Source of the DNA: Spirochaetales bacterium
GTDB lineage: Bacteria > Spirochaetota > GWE2-31-10
Length of the DNA: 64,000 nt
Direction: 5' to 3'
Assembly (NCBI GenBank): GCA_017624275.1
Contig: JAGANG010000008.1
Span: forward strand, 6,026-70,025
This document shows positions 52,601 through 61,943 of the stretch, piece by piece (the first letter of the stretch is position 1; each line of letters starts with the position of its first letter). Made by a program: the position numbers and the translations under genes. The notes below the pieces were generated by a model that worked only from the letters and a program-made list of their open reading frames with translations, did not search any database and was not told the DNA's origin.

Positions 52601-54938
52601 CTACAATAGTTGCATTGTTTAGATTCAATGCAGTACAGTTCAATAAGTCACAGTCATCACCGGCTTTTACCGTATAATCAAAATTCAAATAGTTTCCGTC
52701 TTTGCCGGCAAAAATCGCAGTCGCATCGTTATTTAAAGTCAATGTAGGCTTTCCGGTTACATTAACTTCCTTATTTATCTCTACACGAATTCTTACCACA
52801 TCGCCGGGTTTGTATGTGGCAACATTTTTTGTAGCAATTACATTTTTAATAAACGGATCATCTTTTTCTACATAAAATTGTAATTTTTCGATTGTTACAT
52901 TGCCGTATTTATCTTTTGCGGTAAATGTCAACATACATGAACCACTGGCAAATTCTTCGTCTGTACCGAATTCGGTTGATGAAAAAGAAGGAATATCAAT
53001 TTTATTTCCTGTCTTTTTCAACGTTTTTGCAAATCTTGCAAGTGACAACTCATTTCCTACTGCTTTACCGTTTTGTGTACAAGAAATTGTAAAATCCTCT
53101 ATCCCGGTAAAATCATCAACTGACACACCTATATTAAACGGAACAGTCAAGGTGCTTCCCTGCAACGGTTCCGATACAATAATTTCCGGTTTATCTTCTT
53201 CTTTCAGTAATAATTTAGATGATACGGTTGTTTTTCCGCTGGCATTTTCTGCATATATATAAAAGCGTTTTGTTGCGAATTCATCATCAAAGTCATTAAA
53301 AACGTTAAACGCCTGATTTGCTTGTACTTCAGCCATTGCTTTGTCGCCGGCTTTGTATTCATACAAGTTGTAAAATTTTATTCCCGCAACATTAGCTGAT
53401 AAATCCCATGCATCAATATTTCCCGTTTTTGGATTTATTGCATCCAATTTTAAGATTTCATCAGAATTGGCATTATTCAAAACTCTTGCAAGATAAACTT
53501 TACGTACCTGTGAAGCGTCGGTTACTTTTACCGCAACTCTGAAATCTCCGTTGTTATCTACCACATCTGAATAAACATCAAAATCCACACTCTTTGCAGA
53601 TTCTTCTTTGCCTTTTTTTCCTTTTTTAGCCATGATCTCAACTGACGGTGCAGTCAAATCTACAATGGTAAGTTTCTTTTCTCGATATTCTTCACTGTGC
53701 AGATAATCACCGGCTTCGTTCACAATATAACTGCTTGATCGTCCGTTAATATCGATTACTTCTATTTTCAATAAATATTCTCCGCCTGTTGTCGGAGTAC
53801 ATTTATCTGTTTTCCATGTATAAATATTTGCCCCGTCGACGTCTTCTTCATACAAATCTTCTTTTGCATCTATAAGCTCGCCGGAACCGTTACAAAGTGA
53901 AAGTTTTACAGACTTAATTCCGTCGTCATCATAAGATGTTCCGCTTAACGGTGTACCTACAGGGATTTTTTGTCCGTATCCGGGGAAAATTGTATAAGGA
54001 AAATCTGTTTTCGGTAATACGCAAAAAAAGCCTTTTTCATCAGATTCAATATTACCGGCAGAATCTTTTACTCTTATGCTTACTTTGTAGTAATGCGGAG
54101 TTTTTATATCATTTTCATTTTCAGCGTTTTCCTTGAAATGAATTGTCCAATTCCACAAAGACGCCGGCTTTTTGGATGTATCCACATCAAGTAAATACTT
54201 TTCAATATTACTTTCTACATTAAACTCTTGTGAAGCTCCGAAGCTTACGGTCAAAGACTTTCCGGTTTCGTTTTTTTGTTCATTGTATTCAGTTAGAGTA
54301 AGAGTTACATTCGCCGGACTGTACTGATCGTCGATATTTCCCTGAATATAAAAATTTCCGTTACGGAAATATTCGTTATTATCAAAATTATAAGTGTCTG
54401 CTCCGGCTGTTTCACCGCGGCTGTCATCTCCTACATAAAAATCCATTGAAGTTTTTAGCAATGGATACGTAATTTCCGTTACTGAAGGTTCATTATCTAC
54501 AACCAACGTTCTGCTGTCATAAGAGTCACTGGATGTGTATCCGCCGGCATCATGTGCAAATACGGTAAATTTATACTGACCGTCGGGAAGTCGGAAATCT
54601 TTTCCGGCAACACCGTCTTGTACTTGTTTCTTTATGTCTGCTAAAGGATCAAGCTGTATCGAGTAGCTCCACGGAGAAACAGGATTCTTTATTTCCCAAA
54701 TAAACAAAACTTCGCCTTCATGTTCCGCTCGCAAGGATACAGAAGTTACCTTTTGATTGTCACTGCAAGTTCCGTATAAATACAACAACTTTCCACTGAC
54801 ATATTGGAAATTTTCATGAGATGATATTTTCAACGACGGAGCTACGGTATCCACGGAAGGCCCTACTCCTACGAAAGGATTTAGTTGGCAACCTATAATC
54901 GATAAGATTAATATAAAAAAACAAAATAAACGCTTCAT
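46605..54938 (-). CDS. Giant Ig-like repeat surface lipoprotein (~2777 aa), paralog of the downstream gene
   Basis: GGAGG RBS before ATG 54938; lipobox IIGC; same repeat types and a shared C-terminal domain. Confidence 0.85.
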   Translation of the reverse strand: MKRLFCFFILILSIIGCQLNPFVGVGPSVDTVAPSLKISSHENFQYVSGKLLYLYGTCSDNQKVTSVSLRAEHEGEVLFIWEIKNPVSPWSYSIQLDPLADIKKQVQDGVAGKDFRLPDGQYKFTVFAHDAGGYTSSDSYDSRTLVVDNEPSVTEITYPLLKTSMDFYVGDDSRGETAGADTYNFDNNEYFRNGNFYIQGNIDDQYSPANVTLTLTEYNEQKNETGKSLTVSFGASQEFNVESNIEKYLLDVDTSKKPASLWNWTIHFKENAENENDIKTPHYYKVSIRVKDSAGNIESDEKGFFCVLPKTDFPYTIFPGYGQKIPVGTPLSGTSYDDDGIKSVKLSLCNGSGELIDAKEDLYEEDVDGANIYTWKTDKCTPTTGGEYLLKIEVIDINGRSSSYIVNEAGDYLHSEEYREKKLTIVDLTAPSVEIMAKKGKKGKEESAKSVDFDVYSDVVDNNGDFRVAVKVTDASQVRKVYLARVLNNANSDEILKLDAINPKTGNIDAWDLSANVAGIKFYNLYEYKAGDKAMAEVQANQAFNVFNDFDDEFATKRFYIYAENASGKTTVSSKLLLKEEDKPEIIVSEPLQGSTLTVPFNIGVSVDDFTGIEDFTISCTQNGKAVGNELSLARFAKTLKKTGNKIDIPSFSSTEFGTDEEFASGSCMLTFTAKDKYGNVTIEKLQFYVEKDDPFIKNVIATKNVATYKPGDVVRIRVEINKEVNVTGKPTLTLNNDATAIFAGKDGNYLNFDYTVKAGDDCDLLNCTALNLNNATIVDSQNLELRLDSFLDEGSGSLMTNATIRIDTVPPKISAVKTLNPNGSYNAGDEIDIQVIFSENVTINVPEGKKLRMKLNVEGKETRYAEYDSGRKGTADNKAMFLYTVADGDNVAELAWTGWDVDPEVEITDSADYGEDGKGNKFDFENCDPEKDKWSNKLVIDTTPADIKRIESNYTDVELNLGGGYDAAAETFYCNAGKLINLTVVFSEPVKISGEVTLALSSGSIATYSSGSGSEKLCFSYTVGVGDNTDGNLKVDGINGKIIDYAENELKGFSETDGVIKNANENEKEKKLVIDTKAPATPVIELKDKAPANNSEEISIYTALNVDGTVGVEVKTKSAIESDVYSCAWTENGSLENFSPLESDFKNGIISRIFGAGEPNGFYQEYTVILELKDKAGNISGKSEEVDFIIDTGKPKLLKASPSKVVEDETDGKKKKLETSVTGTYTIDEEINVALVFNKEMKATNLKVMLNNGKEVELSEKTDNVHGNGEHYFSGVYTVASGDDWADNLKIKEVIAGTVKDLLNNELTFEDLNKILKESNFENMDTFQEIKIDCTPPKITKISTEKTKGWYTVGEVIMIDVEFSESVEFSGDNPKLKLAGGGEASYSSGSGTANWLFSYTVEAGQNTGDSSKDAKYLKVDSIEVKITDLAGVSVDGNSLDATIPEDNFKGREIGIDTDPPAALELNAVHSVKGAVTDGEAYSGYNGEAYVTVEIPGKQENGADNSEPNAVFYVTNNGEVICNWQSSFDGYECKPDNGEVLDYRIVAVQRDRAGNVSPEKSIEFTIDNSAPMLESISTTQLSGTCTVGDEIPITLTFNKEVKVSAPITVTLNATDSNGTPVTVPISNTETFSKTVTVTGTDTYTVKKGDITTEVLNVSALTGTVVDRLGGPLTLNADVLSTATNLAATKQITIDTTPPELVSITTTAESGWYKTGDVIIVTLTFNEDVKVADGTELKMSSGGTARYQSGKGQVMNFSYEVNFNEKKVEEGDTTGTNKDLKVSNLQSGEITDMAGNQWNPILPSDNNFKDKEIGIDTAINNITIVNEEGNDPDGKSYLGNQTLTISGLTDDGSQVASIECIVNGKKEESLSISNGTAMIECIANGGVKTTFAVSVKMTDKAGNVSSKSANFSIDGENIELQSISTATDSGTYKAGTVIPVTLTFNKAIKVTEEITVILNNNKELTILTNDEYSTTLTAEYTVSIGDKGNSLDVKSITGKVEDSRPKTLTFSSNLPTETTIVDTRTINIDTEVPTVTGFTSAAADGWYNAGKMIQITMACSEIVNVADGATLSLSSGGVATYLSGSGSKNIVFVYNVAAGNSTGTSKSLKVTGVSGTIQDIAKNDLSSSLPSHDFPCGIDTAAPKKLTIGGITNGGTVTSCENLVISGFGETGGSGIFDYTISINGRNATIPDSVSDGKLTFSELPENVRDSLTVIQGGKQSFTISVYQTDIAGNSSPVSDTLEFTVDTNKTRLLAVKSSKSNETCTTGAVIDITLEFSRSTSGNISIALNNNKTISGGNWSNDGFVYTVTYTVGSAAGETKSPLKITGITGSVKDDLTTQQMTDLWSNTDDMNLSSYKVNIDTIAPSISNFESNYNSSTGSATLTYTFNENVSIVAGKKITLTREAYAAPIVLTPAQYNEYYTLKSGIGAYYEKTINGVDPSDKEEADLSAKYVLKYQYDPTVENLVDLFEGMGYYKQEIVMESSAVAVSGNVVTVTVPKENLMTGETYTVTTDTGIVKDIVGLTSGSIAAKTLSTGDKPQPPVIRVNKISGRGSTAVTTTAKIHTITQGATIEYYVSSSQYYDTSSSFEGKKQNYETYKNGSVKWRGTTYYGVTIGSSDNADKYWITALATKSGVTSDFSLEKAFKTVIKTSHSADSTHFMVFRGGDVRSGSNTISGFPVTWDEKSVPTTWSLTLADSDDVEKELAKYGMLLAKDSKAITWAVPEKIYFHGLQCKKSGSKLLWKWQENDAIKVLAGNSGEDSNKLETNYHDRDGGNY

Positions 54939-55131
54939 TTTCACCTCCGGAAAGTAAAATCTGTTTTACCGAAATATTTATATTCAATTATTTATAGTTT
55001 TATTTCATATCAAGACCATTCTTATAACTTTCGTAATTTAATTTATAAAGAATTAGCAAATATGAAATTTTTTTACTTAATTCCAATAAAGAATATCATG
55101 TTTCTTTTTTTATTTTGTTTTTTTAAATTAT

Positions 55132-56658
55132 TTAACTTTTTATTTTTTTTAATGCAATTTTCCTTTTCACTATCGAATACACGGGTTGTACAATATAAAA
55201 ACTCAGAAAAAGTCCCAAAAACATAATAAATCCCATATATAAAGGAACATTTTCAATTTTTATCGGTGGTACTTTCTCTAATATTCTTACAATATCCAAG
55301 AATTTCCCTGACACCCACTCAATAATTACACAGCAAATAGTTGCATTCGGAAATATAACAGCAAGCAATATACAGACCAACAATACTATAAATACATACG
55401 AAAAAATCAAACATACAAACGGTGATGTTATTACAGAAAATATCGGAAGCTGCCCAAACCACGCACATTGAAACAATGCCGTAGTCCCGAATGCAGCAAC
55501 ACAAACCGCACTTCCCGATATGATGTTGTATAGAAATAACGGTATACAATCTTTTTCCGGTACTATTTTATTTGCAAACAGCAAAATCCCGGCAACTGCA
55601 CAAAATGATAAAATAAAGCCATAATCATAGACACTATAAGGATTTATAAAAAGTAAAATTATTCCCGCAACAGATAAAGAATGTAATTTACCGCAACTTA
55701 TCCCCATTTCATTATTTATGACTAATACAAAATACATCAAAATAGCCCGTAATGACGAAGCACTTATATTCAGAAACAATCCGAAAATCGTTAAAACAAT
55801 CAAAGTAACAGCAGAAGAAAAAGTTCTTGAAAAAAAACGCCGTAAACAAAATTGAACAAGCATTGCCAAAACGCCCACATGAAAACCGCTTACCGCAAGC
55901 AAATGCGTAAGTCCGCTGTCTTGCCAACTTTTCATCATTTCCGGCTCAATATATGATCGATTACCGAAAAATACAGCCGTTACAAAAGCTACACTTTGCA
56001 ATGACAAACTGTTTTTTATTTTGTTCAAAAGTTTTGCCCGGGCAATCCCGACTTTCAACATCGGATGCATATATTTATCAATCTGTACAACACTATGAGC
56101 ATTCATTCGCCCGACACAATTTTTATTCATATAATAAATTGACTTATTCAATCTTAATCTGCCGGCGACTCGATAAGTTCCCCAACAAAAAACTTCATTT
56201 CCCGTAACATTTCTGCAATTAACCTGCAAAACAAAAGGTTTTACCGGCACAAATACCGATCCGTTACGCATTTTTGTGACTCTTAATAAAAACTGAAAAT
56301 TACTTTCTTCACTTTTTAATTCTCCGATTAATTGAGGGTACGATATTGCATATCCGTAAACTTCCCCTTTCTTCGGAAGATTTTCATAATTACAAGCAAA
56401 ATCATTATTTTTCTGGAAAACACGAATTGCGAATACCGACACAAAAATTAAAAATAAAACCAAACTGTTTAATGTGGAATAAACGCAAAACATCGTTAAT
56501 AAAAATAACGCAACAAAAACAACCGTAAGCCATATAAGAAAGAAAATAATTTTATTTTCCGGCAATCCTACAAACAATCCGGTCAACAAAATATCCACAC
56601 ACAAAATCACTAAAAAAATTGCCAATGACAAAGACAAAATCGGATATATTTTTCGCAC
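55132..56658 (-). CDS. comEC: ComEC/Rec2 competence channel (no metallo-beta-lactamase domain)
   Basis: GLTHLLAVSGFHVG, SSLRA, GFILSF; multi-TM. Confidence 0.85.
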   Translation of the reverse strand: MRKIYPILSLSLAIFLVILCVDILLTGLFVGLPENKIIFFLIWLTVVFVALFLLTMFCVYSTLNSLVLFLIFVSVFAIRVFQKNNDFACNYENLPKKGEVYGYAISYPQLIGELKSEESNFQFLLRVTKMRNGSVFVPVKPFVLQVNCRNVTGNEVFCWGTYRVAGRLRLNKSIYYMNKNCVGRMNAHSVVQIDKYMHPMLKVGIARAKLLNKIKNSLSLQSVAFVTAVFFGNRSYIEPEMMKSWQDSGLTHLLAVSGFHVGVLAMLVQFCLRRFFSRTFSSAVTLIVLTIFGLFLNISASSLRAILMYFVLVINNEMGISCGKLHSLSVAGIILLFINPYSVYDYGFILSFCAVAGILLFANKIVPEKDCIPLFLYNIISGSAVCVAAFGTTALFQCAWFGQLPIFSVITSPFVCLIFSYVFIVLLVCILLAVIFPNATICCVIIEWVSGKFLDIVRILEKVPPIKIENVPLYMGFIMFLGLFLSFYIVQPVYSIVKRKIALKKIKS

Positions 56659-56781
56659 AGAATACTCCCTAATCGATATATACAGTTAGAAAGTTTTCTT
56701 CCTTTATGGTTTACTTTTTTACATTCTTTTTGTTAAATACCAATTTCTTACTCACTGTCAAAAAAATAAAAAGGTAAAAAA

Positions 56782-57252
56782 ATGGATAATTTAATTATAC
56801 GTAAACCTACAGTCAACGATGTTCCCCAAATTCTGGAACTTATTAACGGTTACGCAAATGCTCAAATGATGTTAAATAAAAGTCATTACCGGATTTACAC
56901 TACTTTACAGAATTTTATAGTTGCAGAACATAACAACAAAATCTGCGGATGCTGTGCATTAAGTATTTTGTGGGCTGATTTGGGAGAAATTTGTTCGCTT
57001 GCCGTATCTGCGGATTATTTAAAGCAAGGAATCGGAAGTGAACTTGTCAAAGCATGTATCAATGAAGCAAAAAAATACAGACTTCCCAGAATCATAACTC
57101 TTACATATCAAGATAAATTTTTTGAAAAAATGGGATTTACGTTTTCTGATAAAAACGCTTTTCCTCGAAAACTTTGGCGTGAATGCCTGGAATGTCCGAA
57201 ACTTGAACATTGTGATGAATTAGCTTATGTTTTAGATTTGCATTATGACTAA
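56782..57252 (+). CDS. GNAT acetyltransferase, likely short-type N-acetylglutamate synthase (ArgA-like)
   Basis: GCCALSILWADLGEI.SLAV, GIG, LTYQ..FF, KLW.EC..CPK...CDE. Confidence 0.75.
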   Translation: MDNLIIRKPTVNDVPQILELINGYANAQMMLNKSHYRIYTTLQNFIVAEHNNKICGCCALSILWADLGEICSLAVSADYLKQGIGSELVKACINEAKKYRLPRIITLTYQDKFFEKMGFTFSDKNAFPRKLWRECLECPKLEHCDELAYVLDLHYD

Positions 57253-57263
57253 GGAGATTTTTT

Positions 57264-57824
57264 GTGATATTTAAAAGCAATGAAAATGATTTAGATCAAA
57301 ATCAGACAGATAAGAGAGTTCCGGCAACATTAATGCAGCGTTTTCTTGCATTATTTATAGACAGATTGCTTTGTTTTATTTTTTTACTGTGTATTTCATA
57401 TACCGAATTCTTTTCCCCTGATTTTTCACTGCTTTTCAAAATTATCAAACTTTTTGAACAAATGATTCCTACCGCCGTTATCTATCATATAATTTTTGAA
57501 TTGTGCTGGAACGGACAAACACCCGGAAAAAAAATATGTCAAATACGTGTAGTCACTGAAAATTACGAGCCGCTGAATATTACTATTATTTTTACCAGAA
57601 ATTTCTTACGTTTTTGCGATGTTATACCTATATTTTATATTGCTGGTATAGTTTCTATCCTCAACAGCAAAAAAAGACAACGAATGGGAGATATTTCCGC
57701 CGGAACTCTTGTTGTTTGCGAAGAAAGCATAGATGACGAAATCCCGGCAAGTCAGATATTACCTGACAACAACTCGGAATTTTCTTCCAACCCGACTGAA
57801 AATATTTATAATCAAAAGGACTAA
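57264..57824 (+). CDS. RDD family membrane protein
   Basis: RFLA.FID, GQTPGK, RN..R..D, QR.GD..AGT.VV. Confidence 0.9.
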   Translation: MIFKSNENDLDQNQTDKRVPATLMQRFLALFIDRLLCFIFLLCISYTEFFSPDFSLLFKIIKLFEQMIPTAVIYHIIFELCWNGQTPGKKICQIRVVTENYEPLNITIIFTRNFLRFCDVIPIFYIAGIVSILNSKKRQRMGDISAGTLVVCEESIDDEIPASQILPDNNSEFSSNPTENIYNQKD

Positions 57825-57826
57825 TC

Positions 57827-58708
57827 ATGACATCTTTTATTAAAGAAGCTACAACATTTTATAAAAATAATCGCAATATTTTTTTTAAACTCTACATGAG
57901 TTTTCTTCCGATTTTCATTGTATTGAATTTTATTATACAAAAAATTTCATTCACAATTAGCGAAACTCTGTTTAGTTCAATGCAAGACATGGCAACTGCC
58001 GATTCAATACAGAATTTTCTTTCGCCGGATTTCATTCAAATGACAAAAAAATATCTTCCGATTTTCCTGATTATTATGATTTTATCATCATTTTTAGAAT
58101 ACTTTTTTAAATGTCTGATAATTTCGAACATCGCAAAAAACGACAATCAAATTGCTGAAAAGCCGCATTTACCGCCAATCTTCGCAATATTCGTAACATT
58201 TTTGTTGGCTAAACTGATGTGTTATTTCGGCTTCTTACTGTTTATTATTCCGGGAATAATATTTTCTGTTGCACTTTTAATGGTACCTTGCATTATTGCA
58301 ATGGAAAACAAAACCGGCTTCAAATCATTCGACAGAAGTTTTTACTTTATAAAAAAAGATATGATGAATTTCATAAAAAACGCCTTTTCAATTTGGATAA
58401 AATATTTATGTGCAACAATTATTGTGTCTATTTCTATAAGCTTTCTTCAAACCGTTTTATACGCAATAGTAAAACTATTTTCATCGAATAATATCCTAAC
58501 AATTGTTGATAATATTTTTATATTCATAAATTCATGCGTAAACACTGTATTATATATGGCATTTTCAATACTTTTGCAGAATGTTTTTTATATTCACTAC
58601 AAACGCCATTCTTACATGATACAAGAAACCGAACAATACGAAGAAAAAAAATATACTTTGGAAGATTATTACAAAGGAAAAGAAGAACCTGACGATGATG
58701 AAGAATAA
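57827..58708 (+). CDS. Hypothetical integral membrane protein
   Basis: About six hydrophobic segments, G.LLFIIPGI motif, acidic tail. Confidence 0.75.
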   Translation: MTSFIKEATTFYKNNRNIFFKLYMSFLPIFIVLNFIIQKISFTISETLFSSMQDMATADSIQNFLSPDFIQMTKKYLPIFLIIMILSSFLEYFFKCLIISNIAKNDNQIAEKPHLPPIFAIFVTFLLAKLMCYFGFLLFIIPGIIFSVALLMVPCIIAMENKTGFKSFDRSFYFIKKDMMNFIKNAFSIWIKYLCATIIVSISISFLQTVLYAIVKLFSSNNILTIVDNIFIFINSCVNTVLYMAFSILLQNVFYIHYKRHSYMIQETEQYEEKKYTLEDYYKGKEEPDDDEE

Positions 58709-59064
58709 CCTGGAATAATAAAAAAAGTCCGGGTCGACACCCAAGCGACACGGACTAAAATCTAGGAGGTAAGAAAATGAAATATAATATTTGTACAGTA
58801 TATTTCAAAATACCCAAAAATAAAATCACGTTATATTACAAAATACGAAACCAAAAATCAATTTATATTTAATATTTTTGCTATTAAAAATATTTTTTTC
58901 ACATATTCGATTTATTATTCTTTTTTAATTGCGATATGTCATCTTTTTTATTTGTAACTCAGCATAAAATATTTGATATCCCGAGTATATTTTTACAATC
59001 TTAGAATCCTCATAACTTGCATTATATCCGCAAGATAACCGCAACTCCGGCAAAGTTGGTCTTA

Positions 59065-59093
59065 TTGACAAAAACGCATTTTTTTTATATAAA
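59065..59093 (+). promoter_or_regulatory. Sigma70-type promoter of gyrA
   Basis: TTGACA-aaaacgcatttttttta (17 nt)-TATAAA. Confidence 0.75.
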
Positions 59094-59149
59094 AATACGT
59101 TATTTTTATCTTGGAAACGTTTTCCGTTTCCTTCTTTCCGGAGTTTTAG

Positions 59150-61678
59150 ATGGGAGAAATAATCTACAAAGACATTGAGAATGAGTTTAGAGAATCTTAC
59201 TTAAATTACGCTATGAGTGTTATCGTAAGTCGTGCTCTTCCCGATGTTCGTGACGGTTTAAAGCCGGTTCACAGAAGAATCCTATATTCAATGAATGAAA
59301 TAGGATTGCAATCAAATAAGGCTACAAAAAAAGCTGCCAGAATTGTCGGTGATGTACTCGGAAAGTACCACCCTCACGGAGATGCTTCCGTTTATGATGC
59401 ACTTGTTCGTATGGCTCAAGACTTTTCATTAAGATACCTTGCCGTTGACGGACAAGGAAACTTTGGATCCATCGACGGTGACCCTCCGGCAGCTATGCGT
59501 TATACCGAAGCTAAAATGTCGAAATTTGCAGATCTTATGCTTAAAGATATTGAAAAAAGAACTGTAGATTTTGGGCCTAACTATGATGAGTCATTAAGAG
59601 AACCTTTAGTTTTACCGTCTGCCGTACCGTATCTTTTGGCAAACGGATCTTCCGGAATTGCTGTAGGTATGTCTACAAATATTCCGCCTTACAATATGAA
59701 AGAAATTGTTTCCGGAATCTGTGCATTAATCGACAATCCGGATATTACTATCGATGAAATCAGTAAACATATCACCGGACCGGACTTTCCTACAGGCGGT
59801 TTGATTTACGGCAGAGACGGAATTCGCAAAGCTTTGCGTACAGGTCGCGGTTCTATCGTTATGCGTGCCAGAACAAGCATTGAGGAAATCAACGACGGTC
59901 GTGAAACTCGTGAAGCTATCATTGTTACTGAAATTCCTTATGTAGAAAAGAAATCTGAATTGATAAAAAGAATTGCCGAATTGGTAAAAGATGACAGATT
60001 ACAAGGAATCAGTGACGTTCAAGATCATTCGGATAAAGACGGATTAAGAATTGTTATCAAGTTGAAAAAAAATGCCGTTGCAAAAGTTGTATTAAACCAA
60101 CTCTTTTTGCATACAAATTTGCAAAAGAACTTCGGAGTTATAAATCTCGTTCTTGTAAACGGAATGCCGAAAATTCTAAACATCAAAGAAACAATGCAAG
60201 AATACGTGAACTTCCGAAAAGAAGTTATCCGTCGCAGAACAGAATTTGAACTTGAAAAAGCAAGAGAAAGAGCTCATATCCTGCAAGGATTGATAATCGC
60301 CCAAGACAACATCGATGAAGTCGTTAGAATTATTCGTGAAGCTAAAGATAAAAATGCGGCACAAATTACGTTAATGGAACGCTTTAGTTTATCTGAGCGT
60401 CAATCAAGTGCAATTCTTGAAATGCGTTTACATCAATTAACACAACTTGATGTTACTAAGTTGCATGAAGAATACGAAGAAGTTTGCAAGCTTATCGCCA
60501 GATTGGAAGAAATCTTATCATCTGACAGCAACATTTTAAAAGTTGTTCGTGAAGAATTGATAGAAGATACAAAACCTTTTATGGACGAACGCAGAACCGA
60601 AATCGTAGAAGCGGAAGGCGGTACCGGAATAATCGAAGAAGATTTGATTCAGGAAGAAGATGTGGTTATTACAATGAGCCACAAAGGTTTCATCAAAAGA
60701 ACTCCTGTTTCAGATTTCAGAACACAAGGAAAAGGCGGAGTCGGAGTAAACGGCGGTAAAATGCGTGATGACGACTTTGTTAAACAAATGTTTGTTGTTA
60801 ATACACACGAATATTTATTGTTCTTTACCGATAAAGGACAAGTATTCTTGTTGAAAGCATATCAAATTCCTCAAGCGTCTCGTACGGCAAAAGGTGAAAT
60901 TATAAGAAACTTTATAAACACTACACCGGAAGACCAGATTACGGCAATTTTGACATTAAAAGATTTTAATGACACATCAAAATCTATCTTTATTGCAACA
61001 AAACACGGTGTAGTAAAGAAAACTTCACTTTCAGAATTTACACGTATCAACCAAAACGGTAAACGTGCCATCACTCTTGCCGAAGGTGATTGTGTAATCG
61101 ACGTAATTATTACATCCGGCAAAGATGAACTTGTACTTGCTACAAGAAAAGGTAAAGCTTTGCGTATCGATGAAAATGATGTACGTGTAATGGGACGAAC
61201 TGCCGGCGGAGTAAGGGGAATCAAGCTTACCGAAGACGACGAATTACTCGGTCTTTGTCCGATATTCGAAAATGGTTTGATTATGATGTTGACTGAAAAC
61301 GGTTACGGAAAGCGTATCGAATTTGACAATTTCTCACAACACCATCGAGGAACTTCCGGTCAACTTTATTATAAAGACAAAAATAATAAGGGCGAAGTTG
61401 CTGCTGTTCTTTCTATTTTGGAAGGTGAAGATGTATTCGCAATTTCTGTAAAAGGTCAAATTATCAGAATCTCTTCTGACCAAATTTCAAAACAAGGACG
61501 TGCTGCCAGCGGAATTCGTTTAGTAAGAGTTTCCGAAGATGATAAAGTTATTGCTGCATCTCGTGCTCCTGCTCAACCGGAAGAAAATCTTCAAGCAGAC
61601 AGTACAGTTACCGGGGCAGATGAGCCGAAACTTGAAAATGCAACATCTGAAAATACAGAAGAAACACAAGAAACATAA
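59150..61678 (+). CDS. gyrA: DNA gyrase subunit A
   Basis: [29 protein letters not shown], GyrA-box-like QGKGGVG, pinwheel repeats, acidic tail. Confidence 0.96.
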   Translation: MGEIIYKDIENEFRESYLNYAMSVIVSRALPDVRDGLKPVHRRILYSMNEIGLQSNKATKKAARIVGDVLGKYHPHGDASVYDALVRMAQDFSLRYLAVDGQGNFGSIDGDPPAAMRYTEAKMSKFADLMLKDIEKRTVDFGPNYDESLREPLVLPSAVPYLLANGSSGIAVGMSTNIPPYNMKEIVSGICALIDNPDITIDEISKHITGPDFPTGGLIYGRDGIRKALRTGRGSIVMRARTSIEEINDGRETREAIIVTEIPYVEKKSELIKRIAELVKDDRLQGISDVQDHSDKDGLRIVIKLKKNAVAKVVLNQLFLHTNLQKNFGVINLVLVNGMPKILNIKETMQEYVNFRKEVIRRRTEFELEKARERAHILQGLIIAQDNIDEVVRIIREAKDKNAAQITLMERFSLSERQSSAILEMRLHQLTQLDVTKLHEEYEEVCKLIARLEEILSSDSNILKVVREELIEDTKPFMDERRTEIVEAEGGTGIIEEDLIQEEDVVITMSHKGFIKRTPVSDFRTQGKGGVGVNGGKMRDDDFVKQMFVVNTHEYLLFFTDKGQVFLLKAYQIPQASRTAKGEIIRNFINTTPEDQITAILTLKDFNDTSKSIFIATKHGVVKKTSLSEFTRINQNGKRAITLAEGDCVIDVIITSGKDELVLATRKGKALRIDENDVRVMGRTAGGVRGIKLTEDDELLGLCPIFENGLIMMLTENGYGKRIEFDNFSQHHRGTSGQLYYKDKNNKGEVAAVLSILEGEDVFAISVKGQIIRISSDQISKQGRAASGIRLVRVSEDDKVIAASRAPAQPEENLQADSTVTGADEPKLENATSENTEETQET

Positions 61679-61698
61679 AATGTATTAATTTTTTATAG

Positions 61699-61742
61699 TT
61701 GTCATTACGGATAAAAAACATTCCGTAATGACAATATTTTTT
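61699..61742 (+). terminator. 13-bp inverted repeat after gyrA (terminator and/or operator)
   Basis: TTGTCATTACGGA / TCCGTAATGACAA followed by TATTTTTT; TATAAT at 61742-61747. Confidence 0.65.
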
Positions 61743-61766
61743 ATAATTATTAAAAGGGAGTTTAAA

Positions 61767-61943
61767 ATGGGCAGAACGGCATTACAACTGGTAAAAGAAG
61801 TAAGCGGAAGCATGGCAATTGAAGGTCTTGAATTGCAAAATGAAGAAATTGATATGCTTCAACTTTGTGCTGCGGGAAAAGTCACTACCGAAAGCCTTTT
61901 AGAATCTCTTATAAGAAAACACAACCAATGCAAGACGAAGTAA
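61767..61943 (+). CDS. VbhA/FicA-like antitoxin, 58 aa
   Basis: SMAIEG fits the (S/T)xxxE(G/N) Fic-inhibitory motif; overlaps the fic start; GGGAG RBS. Confidence 0.8.
   Translation: MGRTALQLVKEVSGSMAIEGLELQNEEIDMLQLCAAGKVTTESLLESLIRKHNQCKTK

Noticed and set aside
39281-54136. Many 60-190 aa plus-strand ORFs within the giant genes
   Set aside because: They are antisense shadows with no recognisable motifs.
38090-56658. Functional link between comEC and the giant lipoproteins
   Set aside because: They are co-oriented but separated by a ~190-bp AT-rich gap that could hold its own promoter; nothing else supports a link.
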